NCBI GenBank assembly: GCA_002633005.1
Contig: NMRA01000069.1
Span: forward strand, 974,990 to 1,038,989
DNA: 64,000 nt
Direction of reading: 5' to 3'
Origin: Phoronis australis
Lineage: Eukaryota; Animalia; Phoronida
Shown: one piece after another, positions 25,895-39,300 of the stretch
Numbering within the stretch: the stretch's first letter is position 1
Layout of the letters: each line of letters begins with the position of its first letter
Program-made: the position numbers and the translations under genes
Notes under the pieces: model-generated
What the model saw: the letters and a program-made list of their open reading frames with translations, nothing else
Told to the model about the DNA's origin: nothing
The model's database searches: none

Positions 25895-28419
25895 CTGGAA
25901 AATTTAATAGAGATCAAACTCAGCAACCACGTGCAAATTTAAATATCCCCTTGACTGCATATCGAAATCAATTCATGTTAGACGCGTATGTCGTATGCAC
26001 ATGCGCATTTACTTAAAGGCAGACCAAACAGTAGATCCCTTATAAAATGTAGAGTCCATTACCACGGTTTCAAATGTTCTCATTCCCTTCGCTGTTCAAC
26101 TTTTAATTGACATACTTATTGCTACGTCGAAGCTGCAGTCGCCTTTTAGCACCGTGTAGGCGACACAAATTGAGAAAATCCATCAAACAATTGAGATTAA
26201 TACAAATTTGTTCGACGCATAGCGCGCACACACCCTACGATAATCTAGTTAACCACACGTTAGTTTGTATTCTGTATGAGTTTTTGTGACAACTAAAGAG
26301 CCCTCGATATCGATTCCATACGACCATGAATTACTCGTAGAGAGATTCAATATTTTAGAACACGTATGTTGGCCTCACTTTTGAATACCGAATAACAACA
26401 ATCGAGGTTTTAGTTGTAATTAAATTGTCACCTAACAATGGACGTTTCGACGACGATCAATTTACCACAAATCAGCCACAACACCGTTGTCGCTTTCAGG
26501 CTGTTGTCATAGATATCAGAATTAGAAGAGTCTCTTGTGTGCTGGCGGAGAATTAAAGTATATGTCGATCTTGTCTTCCTCGTAAACAACACGTTCTTGT
26601 AATTAGCGTGCGTGTGATGTTTTAATTAGGCGTGTACCCAGTCCCTGCGGTCATATTACTCCAAGAGAAAGTTGATAGGCTATCATAATAGTCTCATCAA
26701 AATTGGATTACGGAAATGATTGGAAATAATATTGTCTTGAAGAATCAATGGTGGTACCAGACGCACACAATTGAAAACACAACAATACTGTATGTTTCAC
26801 CTCACTGCTAATCTGGTTAAAACACGACAGCGCAACTCCAATATCGTCACAACCTCCTAAAATTGCATTGAGACGATGGTGCATTGACAGTCACTTGCCG
26901 TTGGTGTAAATAGGCCGAAAGATTTTAAAAATGATGTTTCCGATCTTGTCATAAGAATTACTAATTACGTAAACGTAACTCGACGTTTCTGTGGGACAGA
27001 TTCCACACTTTGCAGTCACATATAGACAAGATAAATGCATAAGATCTATATTCACGAATTGTAGCGTCCTCTTTGAGTTACATGCAAACAAACAGAAAAC
27101 CATTGGTATAATTAAGCAAATATTGAAACTGACTAGCCTATCTCTTGGAAATAAAAGCAGCCACATATACGCATTCAACTAAAATGGTAATACGACATCC
27201 ATCTCTCCGCCGAGTCTCGTAAATAAGCAACTAGATGTATCTGAACAAGATAAGCAATAGTAATTTAGGAGGTAATTTCTAGTCAACAAAGCCTTAGAAA
27301 TTTGAATCTAAACGACTTGCCGATCGATGATGGTCATGTCAGAAAACACTTCTGACCTTCTGCCCATCACCGCGCTAGGCAGAATTTTTCCACCCGTTAT
27401 GTTCTATCCACTTGACAGATTGTTATCCAGACATTACATTGTGTGATTAGGAACGAACCGCCCCGGAAGACAACAGAGAATTCCGTTAGTTTACAATGTA
27501 TTGGAAGCGTACTTTGATAAAAATCATGCTAGTTAGGGATGTGATGAATGAAATGTGCATGACTTTAGACTAATGTTTTAAATTTGATCTTACCTTTCCA
27601 CTTCATAATTATCGAATAAATTTTAACCTATTAATTATTAGCGCACCGTAACCTGGAAATTATTTATGCAAATTATATCATCATCAAGCAGGGGTGTATT
27701 TACAGAGATTTAGTGTTTTGCTTAGGTGAGAGTTAATTATTTCTCAGAAATAATTGTGTGGAGCTTAACTCAAAATTTCCAATTCAGGTCTTGAAAGACT
27801 TAATTCGGAAATTTGGTTAACAGCCATTTTTCATGATCTAGATCGCAGAGCTACTTCTGTAATAGATCGGTAAGAATGGTTTTGATGTTGCTTATCAGTT
27901 TTTGTCCGTCTTCATGCACGGGAGCTACAGACCAATTACAATAAACACACTATCCCCAGGGGCCAAAATCGAAGTTCTGAGAGCATTTAACTTAAATCTC
28001 TTATAAGCCGCTTTCCGTTAAACTAAAACTTGAATCAGACCTCTTATAGTTATGAAACTGGTGTCAGCTAGGTTGTTCCCCGTTCAAATAAGAGGACTTC
28101 GAGTTTGATTGTCCATGGGTAGAGTTCCGTAGACGCAAGAATCTCGCTAATTAAGCTAATGTGTTTCGCGTGTAATACATCCTACGTGTTCTCACGTGTT
28201 CTCGAGATTTTCGCCTCCACGAAACGCACGTCAGGCACGGCAGCAGTTAGTCAAACACCTTTCTCTGATAACCCCAATATGAGCTCTTCCTCCTCGAAAA
28301 AACATCCTCGTGTTAGTCTTAAAACTATTGAAATTAATCAAAGATTGTTAGAAAGTTCTCATGCATCACTCCTCGCGTCCACGTTTAGGGGCAGGAAGAG
28401 GACGAGTTATCGCAGTAGT

Positions 28420-28513
28420 TAAACGTCACCTATTTGAGTTTACACGTCACTGGTTTCGGTTTATACGTCACTGGTTTCGGTTTATACGTCACTGATTTGC
28501 GTTTACAGGTCAC
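28420..28513. repeat. 21-bp minisatellite, about 4.5 copies
   Basis: Unit tatacgtcactggtttcggtt at 28420, 28441, 28462, 28483, partial at 28504. Confidence 0.85.
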
Positions 28514-31500
28514 CGATGTCCATGTTCATGGCGAAGTGACATGGAATTGCCTAATGCAATGAGTTTGTCGAAACAACTTGCACCCCAAAGTGTGATTAGT
28601 TTAACCCTTGTTAGATGAAAAATTGCATTTACGCGGTCACAAAAATTGATATTAGAGGTACCTAGCATACGCGTACAACTAATCCTTTCTATTTTCGTTA
28701 TATCAAAAGACGTTGAAGTACACTCTACTTCACTCAAAGCAGCTAAGAAATTTGAAAGTACAAGACTTATCGATCGAAGATACTCATGTCAGAAAACGCT
28801 TTTGACCGATCGGTTACCGCTACGCAAGATAGAACTCCAAACGTTTCGTTCTATGAATAACATCAGTACTCCCCAGAGGATTTCCGTCCATAACTTCGTT
28901 AGTTCGCGATACAAATACTACACGACACATAAAGAAGTTCCATGTGTAAGGTTACATGGACATACGAATCAATTATTGATCCCAGCTGTGCACAGAATGC
29001 GACATGCATATTTAGCAGTACAACAAGCCGCTTGAATGACTCCCAGTGTAAGGATTGTTCACGATTTCCTCCCGCATCTGTAGAGGCTTCAGTCATGCAG
29101 GAATTACTTTAATAGTAGTCAAGCAACTCCCACTATTTCAGAGTCTATTCCGCCGCACAAGACTTGAATGAATGAAGTTAAAGGGTTATGATTCTCCATC
29201 GAGCTTTTTAAAAACATTCTCACGAGCTAATGGTCCGAAGTTTTACAAATGTTGGCCGATGGCCTCGCGTTCGGAACTAGAACTATGATAGTAATTTTCG
29301 GCGTCTTTACAATTTACCGAAAAGGACAAAATAAGGACAGTTTGAGGCCCTTTGAACAAAAAGGCTGTTATTATTGCTAATATTTACTTAAAAGGTCCGA
29401 AGTCTTTCCTTATTTTTTTGAGCTAAACGATACAACATAAAACTTATTCAGCGTTTAAAAGAGCCACAATCACACAAGAGAGGCACTGGTGTGCCTCTCA
29501 CTAGAAACGACAATTTTCCTCATACTTGTCGAGAGGGCTATCAGAAATTCATGGTGATTTGGTCTTTTTAAAATAACTTACTATTTGGAAAATCTGATAT
29601 TCAGGAAAATGTATGTTGCATTTATACAGCAAACAACTCAAAGGCTTCATTGAGAGACGTTTCGATCTAAAATACCTCATTTGCTTGTATTTATTCTTAA
29701 ACTCCTATATTATACAAAATAATGCGTTTATATCAGAAAAAAATCCTACTCCAATTGCTCGCAAAAATATGTGCGTACCTAAGCCTCACTTTTTGGCGCA
29801 CACGCATATCCCATACATACATATATGTGCATGTGTTAAAAGGGTACTTTTCAGTTCATACGTTATTTCAAGATTTGACGTCAACGTCTATCATAAACAG
29901 CTCACGTTTCAGGAACATGATCTTTTCGGAATTTGTTCTTCGGTTTTATGTTTAGGGATTTCACGAGGGGGGCACCTAATTCGTGATGTTGTCAAAGCTT
30001 CAAATCTAAGCGCAACAGCCGACAAGAAGTGCGTGGTGGATTTCCATTGTTCATCTTTACAAAACGAAAGTTTTTTTAAGATTACAATGAGTATATACAT
30101 TATGTACAATGAAGGGTATTTTCCTTATGATTTCAATTATGTTAGATTTGGTTACATCTCTATTGATTCTGTCATAAACAGTAATCATGTCACATTCGTA
30201 TATATGCACGATAACTTCCTTTATTGTTCTAATAACATGGGTGTGGCAAAAGTTTGTGGAAACGGAAAGAATTCGGTTTCAGATAGATGACCTGTATAAG
30301 ACCCGTGATCAAGCATTTCTCAATATAGGAATCTTATGTTCTCGTGAATACAGGCACACAATCTTGTCTAATCAATCAAGAATTGGTGCAAATTTGCTTG
30401 ACATAACTAAGAAGTGCCCATTAATTACATTACGAGAGAAGGTCAACTGGTGAACCAGCAAGAAATGAGAAATTAATTGGATCAAGAAAAAGAGGAAGAT
30501 TAAAAATAGGTATGAAGAGACATCAGCCGTCCAGAGTACAGAATATCCTAGCCATCTCTACACTCAGCGTCCGATGTTTGAGTATGGCAGCTACTGGTTC
30601 TCCGATAAAGAAAGTCTAGTTTCCCAAAGGCGCACAAAAAATCGTAATTTTCGAATTCAAGGTTGTTCAGATAAAAATATCAACATTCACTAAGACAGTT
30701 CAAGTTATATTATGAGCGAGAAAAGTGATTTTCTGAGACTAGCAGTCACGCGGAATCGAACACACACCGTCAGCGGCCGCAGTGCATTGCTCTGCTCTGC
30801 TACCAGAACTAAGCCCCACTCAATGGAAAAAATGGTAAGAGTAATTTAAGTTTGCTTAACTGGAAATGTCACTGGCCTTGATTTCAACGAATGACGTGCA
30901 AATGACGGTGAGAACAGACGATTTACAATAAATTCACAAAAACATAACGGATTTTGAAATTTTATGCCTCTGGTCAAAGATAATAACTTCAAAACTTCTA
31001 TCCCGCCCAAGAACAATCCCAGAAAAGAGTTTTTCTACTGAAAAGCTGGTAATAATTCCACGTTTATCTTTTGAATTCCGGTCTTTTGAAAGCCAAAATA
31101 CAATAGTCCCCTTTCTGTACAAAAGTGCATGCGGTACAAACTACGGAACTAGTGGAAAGCCCAGAGTATTATTGAGGTCTGTACAAGCGCTTAAAATGAC
31201 CCTGCGGTTCAAGCCAGTTGGAGGAACTTCATTTTAACCAGTAACGAATTGTCATTTCATTCTAAGCACAAAAATCACTAGTTATCTGGTGTAGAAAATA
31301 CAATGAGTAGTGGTGAATGGTCTTAATCAAATTTCATGCTTAGACAGCAAGTAGTTGGAAAACATGACTGACTAATAATGAAAATTGAATTAGCCATTTT
31401 ACTCTCATAAAATTGGTCCCATAGTAGTGTAATATGATTCTATTTATGTTACCAGTGAGTACATTGAAATCGTCAGCGTCTCGAGAAAATGCGTTTATTG

Positions 31501-31635
31501 GGGCTGGTCAAGCCTGAAATTGCGAAACTGACGGATGTCTGCATTGCCTGGGATTGAGTTGAAAATTCGAAAGTAAAATAAAGTATTGCTGATAAAACTG
31601 AATCTCGTGACCATGCGTTTCCCAGTGAGACTTAC

Positions 31636-33977
31636 CTTTGCAGCACAAGATTCTGATATACAATCCTTTTTATTGCACCGGCAAGCACTGTCTTTGTCGT
31701 CTCTATCCGGGCGACTTTTCGCGAGCACTCCATCGCAGTCATAATTTTGAAAACTTAAGTCTTCCCATAATGACGGCGACAATGGTTTAGGTGGCGACAA
31801 GTCCGTGTCGGGAGGGGTGACGGGATAAACAAAAGTGTCAACGTTATATTTGGAAGAAAAGGGAAAGGCGTTTGTAGTGCTATCGGGTAGTGCAGACAGT
31901 TCCTCCGGAGAGTCCATAATACCTTGGTGTGAGCTAGCATCTACAAAACAAAAGTCTGAAAGTCTAACACAGAGTCTATATCTACCTCGTGGTGATTCAC
32001 AGCTTCTTACCTCGCCTACTCCGCTGGCGCTGTCCGGCGCCCGCTGTGGGGAATTCTGTCCGCTCACGTTATCTGCTGACGTCCTCAGCGACTTTCTATC
32101 GGACGCGGGCTGAGTTTCGTGAACCACGCTAGCAGTCGATTGCCGCGTAGCTGGTTTAGGAACATTGCCGCGCGGCGCCGGAGTTGGCCGCCTACTTTTC
32201 ACTGGCGGTTTTACGTTGGGTTTTGGTGCCACTTTTGGGGGACTTGTTGAACGAGTATCCGGTTGGGGCCTGTTACCATTTGTCGGCGGCTGAGGTGCTG
32301 GCGGTTTCTTATTTCTTGAAGGCGGTCCGACAGGAGGTTTTTGCGAGCTCCCCGCTTGAATCGCTTTTCCGTTTGCATAGGTTGGAAGTTGATTACGCTG
32401 AGCTGTGTTTCCATTACCTGAAATCTGTTTGTTGCCGGGTTTAGGAGGAACATTAGGCTTAGCACTTTCTTTGACCTGAGCTGATGGTTTCTTTGAGCCT
32501 TTTCTCGTAGCGACATTGTTTGATTGAGGTAAATTCTGCAACGCTGCCTGGTGTAAAGCAGCATTTTTATCTGGCATCTGAACGCTGTCTGTTGGTCTCT
32601 TGAAGGCGGAAGATTTACCGCTGAGTACCTTGGGCTTTGGCGGTACGTCTGGTCGCTTACTGAGCCTGCTCTGTTCCGATTCATTTTTTATCGATTTTTG
32701 TTCATTATCGACTTTTTTAACTGGCTCTTCGCGTTTCCGTTGATTCCCTGAAGAGATATTATTCGCACGCCCGATGACGCTCTGCTCATCAATCAATGAC
32801 CGCGGTGCATTCTGGGTATCATTGTCAGCTTGATCAATTTTGTTTATATCCGTAATTTTGTTGTAGCGCTTTAGCCTAGAGGGAGAATCGTCATCATCGT
32901 CATCTGCAGATGGTACAATTCGCTGCTCAATGTCTAATTTGCTCAGTCCTTCGCACAACTGTTTTTCGATAGATCGTTGCGCCTGCAGCATTTGCTCTTG
33001 GTGTTTACGCATGTCTGCTTCGGCCTCCATTTCTAGAGTTGGGGAAACGTCAATGATCGGCGATAAATCAGTGATAGGCGACCACGAGTCGTTAATTGGT
33101 GGCTTGACTTGTTGTCTATCTGTTCCCTGGTAATCAATGGACTTATCTTCTGGATGCGGCAATTCTACTTCTTCAAGATCATCATAAAAAAATTCGTCTC
33201 TGTCAACACTGGTGTCACAGGTACGGGTTATCGATTTCTTATCGACGGCTCTGGTAGGAGAAGCGCTGAGATTGGTTAAATGCTCAGTGTTACTCGCTAT
33301 AGCTTTTGCATAACTAGCCAGGTCCACTGAGTCCACGTAAGACATATCTGTTGCCATGGACACACGTGAGTAAACGGTTCCGTCATCTGCGAAAGACATT
33401 GCTGGTCTCTGCTCATGAAAATCTTCTGGAGAATGAGGCTTAGAATTATCACCCGGGCTGCGAGAATCGCCGTAGAGGTCTTCACGCGACGGAGGCCTTG
33501 ACGGAGGGGATTTATCCGTGTATGTCGTGGGAAAGTGCGAGTCTTTCGGGGACCTCGGTGGTGAAAATACGTAACCAGAGTGCGGATCAATAAATTTTGG
33601 TGACCGTGGTGGACTCTCTCTATAGCGGGTGACTTTAGGACTCCGCGGAGGGCTAAATCCGGAATTTTGGTTACACTCTTGATGAACTGTTTTTAAATGT
33701 CTGTCAAGAACATGCCCAACACGATAGTGATCGTGATCAGAGTACCGACTGTGACGTTGATAATTCGCGTCATGCGCGTGAATGTCGTGTAATTCGAATG
33801 TTCTGCGCATCTGGCTCACGAGACCTCCGCCCCCGTGATCTATTTTATCATTGCTGTCTTGCAGAGTTAAGGTTTGAGGTCGAAATTTTTTCTTAGCACC
33901 CTTCAATGTGCCGTCAGAACTAGTTTCGGTGGGGGATTGTAGCGATATTAAGGCACCAACTTCATTTCTGTAGCAAT
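31636..33977 (-). CDS. PCLO: Piccolo-like exon 5 (large Pro/Ser-rich exon)
   Basis: Within the 837-aa ORF; ttttcag|AT acceptor (phase 1); AAG|gtaagt donor (phase 0); alternative phase-0 donor at 32011. Confidence 0.85.
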
Positions 33978-34288
33978 CTGAAAACAAATCAAAAGAAGTT
34001 GGAAACATTATTTGAAATGAAGATACATGTAAAACCCCTGAACGGAGGGTATAAAATCTGTTGCTTGGAGCGAGTCGTTCATAGAGAAACGCAGACGGTA
34101 TTACCTTGTATTTCGCATGAGCTGCTTCAAAATTGACATTATGTTAAGTCCTGAACTTAAGAAAGTTCACCGTAATGCTATATTTATACAGCAAATATTT
34201 TTGTACGGAAGCCCCCACTATAATTATAGGGCTACATCATTGACAGCACAGCTGACTGATGCAGCTGTATGGAAGCGTCAGAATTTAC

Positions 34289-34424
34289 CTGTAACTGCCG
34301 TGTCATCTTGGCCATGTGGTGACTCCTGCCGGTCAAGCGAGTCGACCATCTTTTTCTCGTACTCTTTGTAGTTTTCATAGCGAGACAACGAAGAGGCTCT
34401 TTCCAACGCGCCGCGTCGAACAGG
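34289..34424 (-). CDS. PCLO: Piccolo-like exon 4
   Basis: ttgtag|PVRRGALERASSLSRYENYKEYEKK...|gtaaat; phase 0-1 bridges exons 3 and 5. Confidence 0.8.
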
Positions 34425-35640
34425 CTACAAAGTACAGCACAGCATACAGAACTTTTCCAACGAGAACTAAGACGTTCTTTTGTTGTTTCGTCCAAAACTA
34501 ATTACCAACAATCATTCTTATTTAAATTTAAAGTCACCTTCTTTAACAGAAACATATTTCTACTTTGAAAGTTGGTTTCTGGGATTGGGAGAAACTGGCG
34601 TTTCGTTATTGCTTGAGACTTTGCTGGGCCCATAAAACGATCTGCCACGATGACGACCCGTCTTGTTGAGCCTAATTGCAACCAACAACTATCTGTCTAT
34701 TCTCTCAAGTCCGAAAATCGCCGATCATTTGAGGATCGAACAATTGAGATCTGTTTTGCAGCGGCAAGTGGCCTAAATCAGTGTCGAGTTCAATAATTGT
34801 CTCGCGATGAGAAAAATGTATCCAAAATCGTATTCTCAATGAGGTGGCACTGAATAGTTAGGCTGCGGCCGCGGCCAATTTGCACTGCCAAAATATAGAA
34901 ATTTTGGGGTAGGCCAAGTTTGGGGGCATTTTGTAGGTGGGCATTGCACGTAGGCTCAGTGAATGTGATTTGTTTGTATTTTTGAACATGCTGTGAATAA
35001 AAAAAGGCCACTTTCTTGGCTGTAGCTGCACTCTTCTTCAAGATGGCGGCCCCCAGCTGCAATTGTGCATTGTTGGGTAGCGACCGAGAAATTGGCTGTG
35101 ATTTTAGGTAGCCCTCAAACAAGCCAGAATTGCAAAAAAACTAGTTGGTTGACAGTACTTTTGGACCACATTTTCTGAATCAGTAGGAAATTTGCTTTCA
35201 GACTCTAAGGTTGGTTTTAGTCGTGCATCGGCAGGGAAGTGGTGTTTTTCGGGTGAAAAGTGCCGATTTTGCATTTTTTGCCCTTATTTTTCTTAGTCTA
35301 GCTTGGTTTTCAGTGGGAATGAAATGGTCAAAAATACAAGAAAGAATAAAGTTTCTGTGCTCATCTGCTGGGCTTTTTATGTAAAATAATTGAAAACATG
35401 CCATTCTTTGCATCCTGTTTTTGACAGAGTGAAGAAAAGGTTACAAATCAAGTGTTCTGTGCCTCCTTGAAAATACATGGCGATATCTCACGAGATTCCG
35501 CGAGATCTTGCTATTCTAGCGATACACTAGTGTTGGTGAACACGTCCTAGAACGAGTTTATGACAGATGTAACGGTTCTAGTGAGCAAAGGTTCTAATTT
35601 GCAATGGACGAGCTGGAGAAGATAGTGCATTAATTCAAAC

Positions 35641-35775
35641 CTTGGTCACGGACATGGCTTTTTCCAGGTTTTCGTGTGACGTAGACAGAGTTGCCCTCTC
35701 TCCATGATACCACAGACCGGTAGACAAGACAAGCTGTCGGCGTTTTTGACACATTGTACAGATGAACATTTTGAT
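35641..35775 (-). CDS. PCLO: Piccolo-like exon 3 (end of zinc finger)
   Basis: Not in the ORF track. tttcag|IKMFICTMCQKRRQLVLSTGLWYHG...|gtttga supplies the fourth Cys pair and an SGAWFY-like motif; 135 nt, phase 0-0. Confidence 0.9.
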
Positions 35776-36172
35776 CTGAAAGTATTAATATCATTGCAGG
35801 AGCTGTCACTGCGAACAAACTGACATTATCGAAGAAAAAAACTTAGACGGTTTTTTAAGATCTGGTTCAACGCGAAATCTAAGCTGCAATCCACACGCTT
35901 GAACTCTAACACACTGGTGGTGGAGGGGAACATCGCTCGATGAATAGCAACGTATTGTAAGCATTTTTAACTGGTGAAATCACGGGCCCTGATTTCAGTG
36001 ACTGACATGGTATACTGTGACACTTATCTCACAGGTTCAACTCATAACGAAGAAACTTTTGGGAGCGATTTATCACTCGTTGGGCAACAATAATCAAACC
36101 AAGGGATGAAAAGTAACGAGGAGAAACAATCATCATGCGCAAGCTGAAACGCTTGAACTTCCTAACGCCTAC

Positions 36173-36395
36173 CTTTGTTGATAGGGAGGAGTCAAATTCA
36201 CCGCAGTTAAGACACACGAATCTTTCACAGTCCATGCAGACGTTTTGACCTTCGCGTGTTCCATCGTCATTCTCGTTCAGCTGCGTCTGGTGACAGATTG
36301 GACAAAGTTGAGTTTTTGGAGACACGTGCGGAAGCGAAGATCTCCGATTGTGGTCAACGGCGTTTGCATAGTCGTTCAAATCTTTGGCTAATTCT
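36173..36395 (-). CDS. PCLO: Piccolo-like exon 2 (zinc finger, first three Cys pairs)
   Basis: ttccag|A acceptor (phase 2); CPIC...CMDC...CLNC; donor AAG|gtaggc (phase 0). Confidence 0.9.
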
Positions 36396-39300
36396 CTGGA
36401 ATATAAAATTTCCCTAAAAGTTGTCAAGCAACCAGGAAAAGGTTGTAGTTAGGCAAGTAATTTGTTTTGTCATGACACATGAGGACTGTAAAAAGAAGTC
36501 GCGTGTTTCCAAAACAAAACGATATGGAGCTTGTGTCTGCAAGTCATGACTCGGCCGCGCTGTGTTTACCGCAGCTTTCTTAATGATCCAGGAGTGGCAA
36601 ATGAAAAACACTAGCACACACATTTCCAGGTTGATAGTGGCAGCTAACACAACAAAAATTACAAAATTGTGGGTAAATATTGCGAAAGGGACTTCGCAAA
36701 TTGATCCGTATCTTGACGAATACTACACACATTCTATATTTTGCTTCAATAAGCATTAGAACTACAAACTTCATCAGGTCAGGACGGGGTAATGTCAATG
36801 AAAAGGTTAATCCGAATACTGTCAAATTCTGCACCACTTTGGGTTCATACATGTACATGTATCGGCTCGTTTGTCTGGTGCAGAATAACAACTTATTTGC
36901 CAATAGGTGGCTCTACCTATAACATAGACATTTTGAACAGCTCAAAATGTCAATAGAAGCCTAATGAATAAAAACCGTAGTTTTTGTCGTAAAATTAAAA
37001 CGCTGAAAGGGACATTCTCGGAGCGAAAAGTAATTTTCAAGAAATTAGCATTAGCTGAACCAAATACCACGCGCGCTAAGTAGCCGAGCATTATAAGCGT
37101 GTTGAAATGAAAACAGGCCTTGAATAAAGCGAATGTCTGGCAGTCAACGGGAGAGTTGTTGATCTGTAACAAAATCACAAAAACAGAGAATATTTTGTTG
37201 TGTTATAGCTCTGGTCAAAGATAATAACATCAAAGACTCTATCCTATTCAAGAATAATCTTGAAATTGCACTAAAACTATAATATCCTTTAATGAAACAC
37301 TTCGACCATGATGTGTTGACGGAGGTTAATTGTTAACTAGAGCGGATGGAAAAATGCCGGGGCCTGTTTCCCAGAAATCCTTAATGAAGGTACATACGCT
37401 GGCCACATTTCCGGGTTCCTCAATAAAATAAGTAATGAAAGGGTTACTTACCACCAGTTAGATATGGCTCTGAATTTGTGAAAAAAAAATGTTTTCATTG
37501 TTTTTCACCATATGGCATTTTTTATTGTTAAAATATATGCCGTTTTTGAAAACACACCCTCATTATCTAACGTTTCCAAATATAATTTCTACAGTGTACT
37601 TATCTATAACCAATTTTTGTACGAAACCAAGTTGCAAAGGAGACTTACGGATATTCAAAAGTTTTGGCGCGCATATACGTTTACAATCTGTAAAAATACG
37701 TTGTTAAGCTACGACATTTAGTGAAACTGGACCGTGGGGGGAGTTTAATCGTAAGTACTTTACGATGACGGTTGTAATGTCGATTTTGATTTTCACATGT
37801 TCAGTCCGAACATAAAAACATCACCTTTACTTCAGCTGTTGCAACGTTTTGTCACTTTTGAGTACAGTGTCGCCTTTTCAATAACCTGCGGCAGTCTTAG
37901 TCGCGAACGGAGTTTGACAAAACGGGCAGTGGTGGGGATAAGCAAAATGGAAACTTGTTTGAATGCGTGAAATACCCTACATACACGAGCGCTTACACGT
38001 AACGAACATAATTCGCCGGTTCCGCCGGGTTGACTGGCTAAGATGTCTCATTAGTTCTACTTCCGGCTTTTAAGCTTATCAGGTTGACCCCTCGGCACCA
38101 GCAAAGACAATACGGCCATCGTAATAACACAGTAACTGTCATGCGGTGATTTTTTGAAGTTGCTAAGCTTATGTAGGCAACTGACACAGGATTTATCTTG
38201 TGGTTTAAGCGGGTTGGTTATTGTCTGATCATCGAGCGAAGTTGGTGACACAAGATGAACTCATATCAAACACTGAACCCTATAATCCTCATGCTGACCC
38301 TAACCCAAGTCCTTACTGGGAGTGACTTCATTTCCGTCTGATTTTCCGAATGGAATGGTGCCCTAACCTTTATAAGCACACACGTGTTTTTCAATTAGCT
38401 TACGAGAGCGAAGGATAGCTCGTGTCGATAATGGCGCGTAATTATTCCCCTGTCGGTCTGGTGAGAACAATGCGCAAGAGAAACTAACATTCAAATGCTT
38501 CTGTCTGGCAAAGTTCGTTGAAGTCAAGCGAACACTAATTCTTTTTACAACCCCATGGGATTGCCCAACGGTTGATGGATGGCGAAAAAATAAGATAGAT
38601 ATATTTAGTTATGCTGGACACATCACGTTCGTCATCACATCAAGCGGGGCCACCTTTTTAAAAGGCATTGATCTCTCTTGTCTTACTGAGTATGAAAATA
38701 AAATTGAATCGCTTAAAGCGGCTATCAACCAACGTTCCGTCCAACTTTTCATTAGGCCTCGTGCCACTAAAAATAGGCCTCAGTTTGTTCCTTACTGAGG
38801 TGAGAAGTGATATTTTGTCTTGCAAAGTATTGACAGTTCGTTATTCCTTGAGAAGATTTCCCTCGGAGCTGTGATAGGTCAACTTATAGAGCTTGACCTC
38901 AAGCAATAACAAACCTTGCGTTCTTACAAAGTCCCGACATCACATCCAATTTGACCAGGAAACAATGTGAGACCAATGTCATAACGGCAAGTGGTCTAAA
39001 TCAAAAGTTTTTTGGTGATGGAAGGCAGGTTTGTTGCCGTATAATGATACGCATATCGTTCTGATATAGCTGCGATAATTCACAACCAAGAAGAAATCCG
39101 CTTGAATAGGTGTCTTGAGATCCCAGACTGGATGCTAATACCAAACAACCGCAAACTTCCAAATGGTAAATCCATTTGGAGAATGTTTACGGAAACATTA
39201 TTTGTTTAGTAGGTGGAAACAAAAATTATGACCCACGCCACAGCAAGCTATCGTGGTCTCCAGTTCTCTCGAGGTGTTATTTTCAGTAAGCTCCAAGATC

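Noticed and set aside
29613-30290. 225-aa plus-strand ORF in intron 5
   Set aside because: AT-rich, I/Y/F-biased translation with no domain; partly resembles the dispersed repeat at about 37430-37710, so probably a chance ORF.
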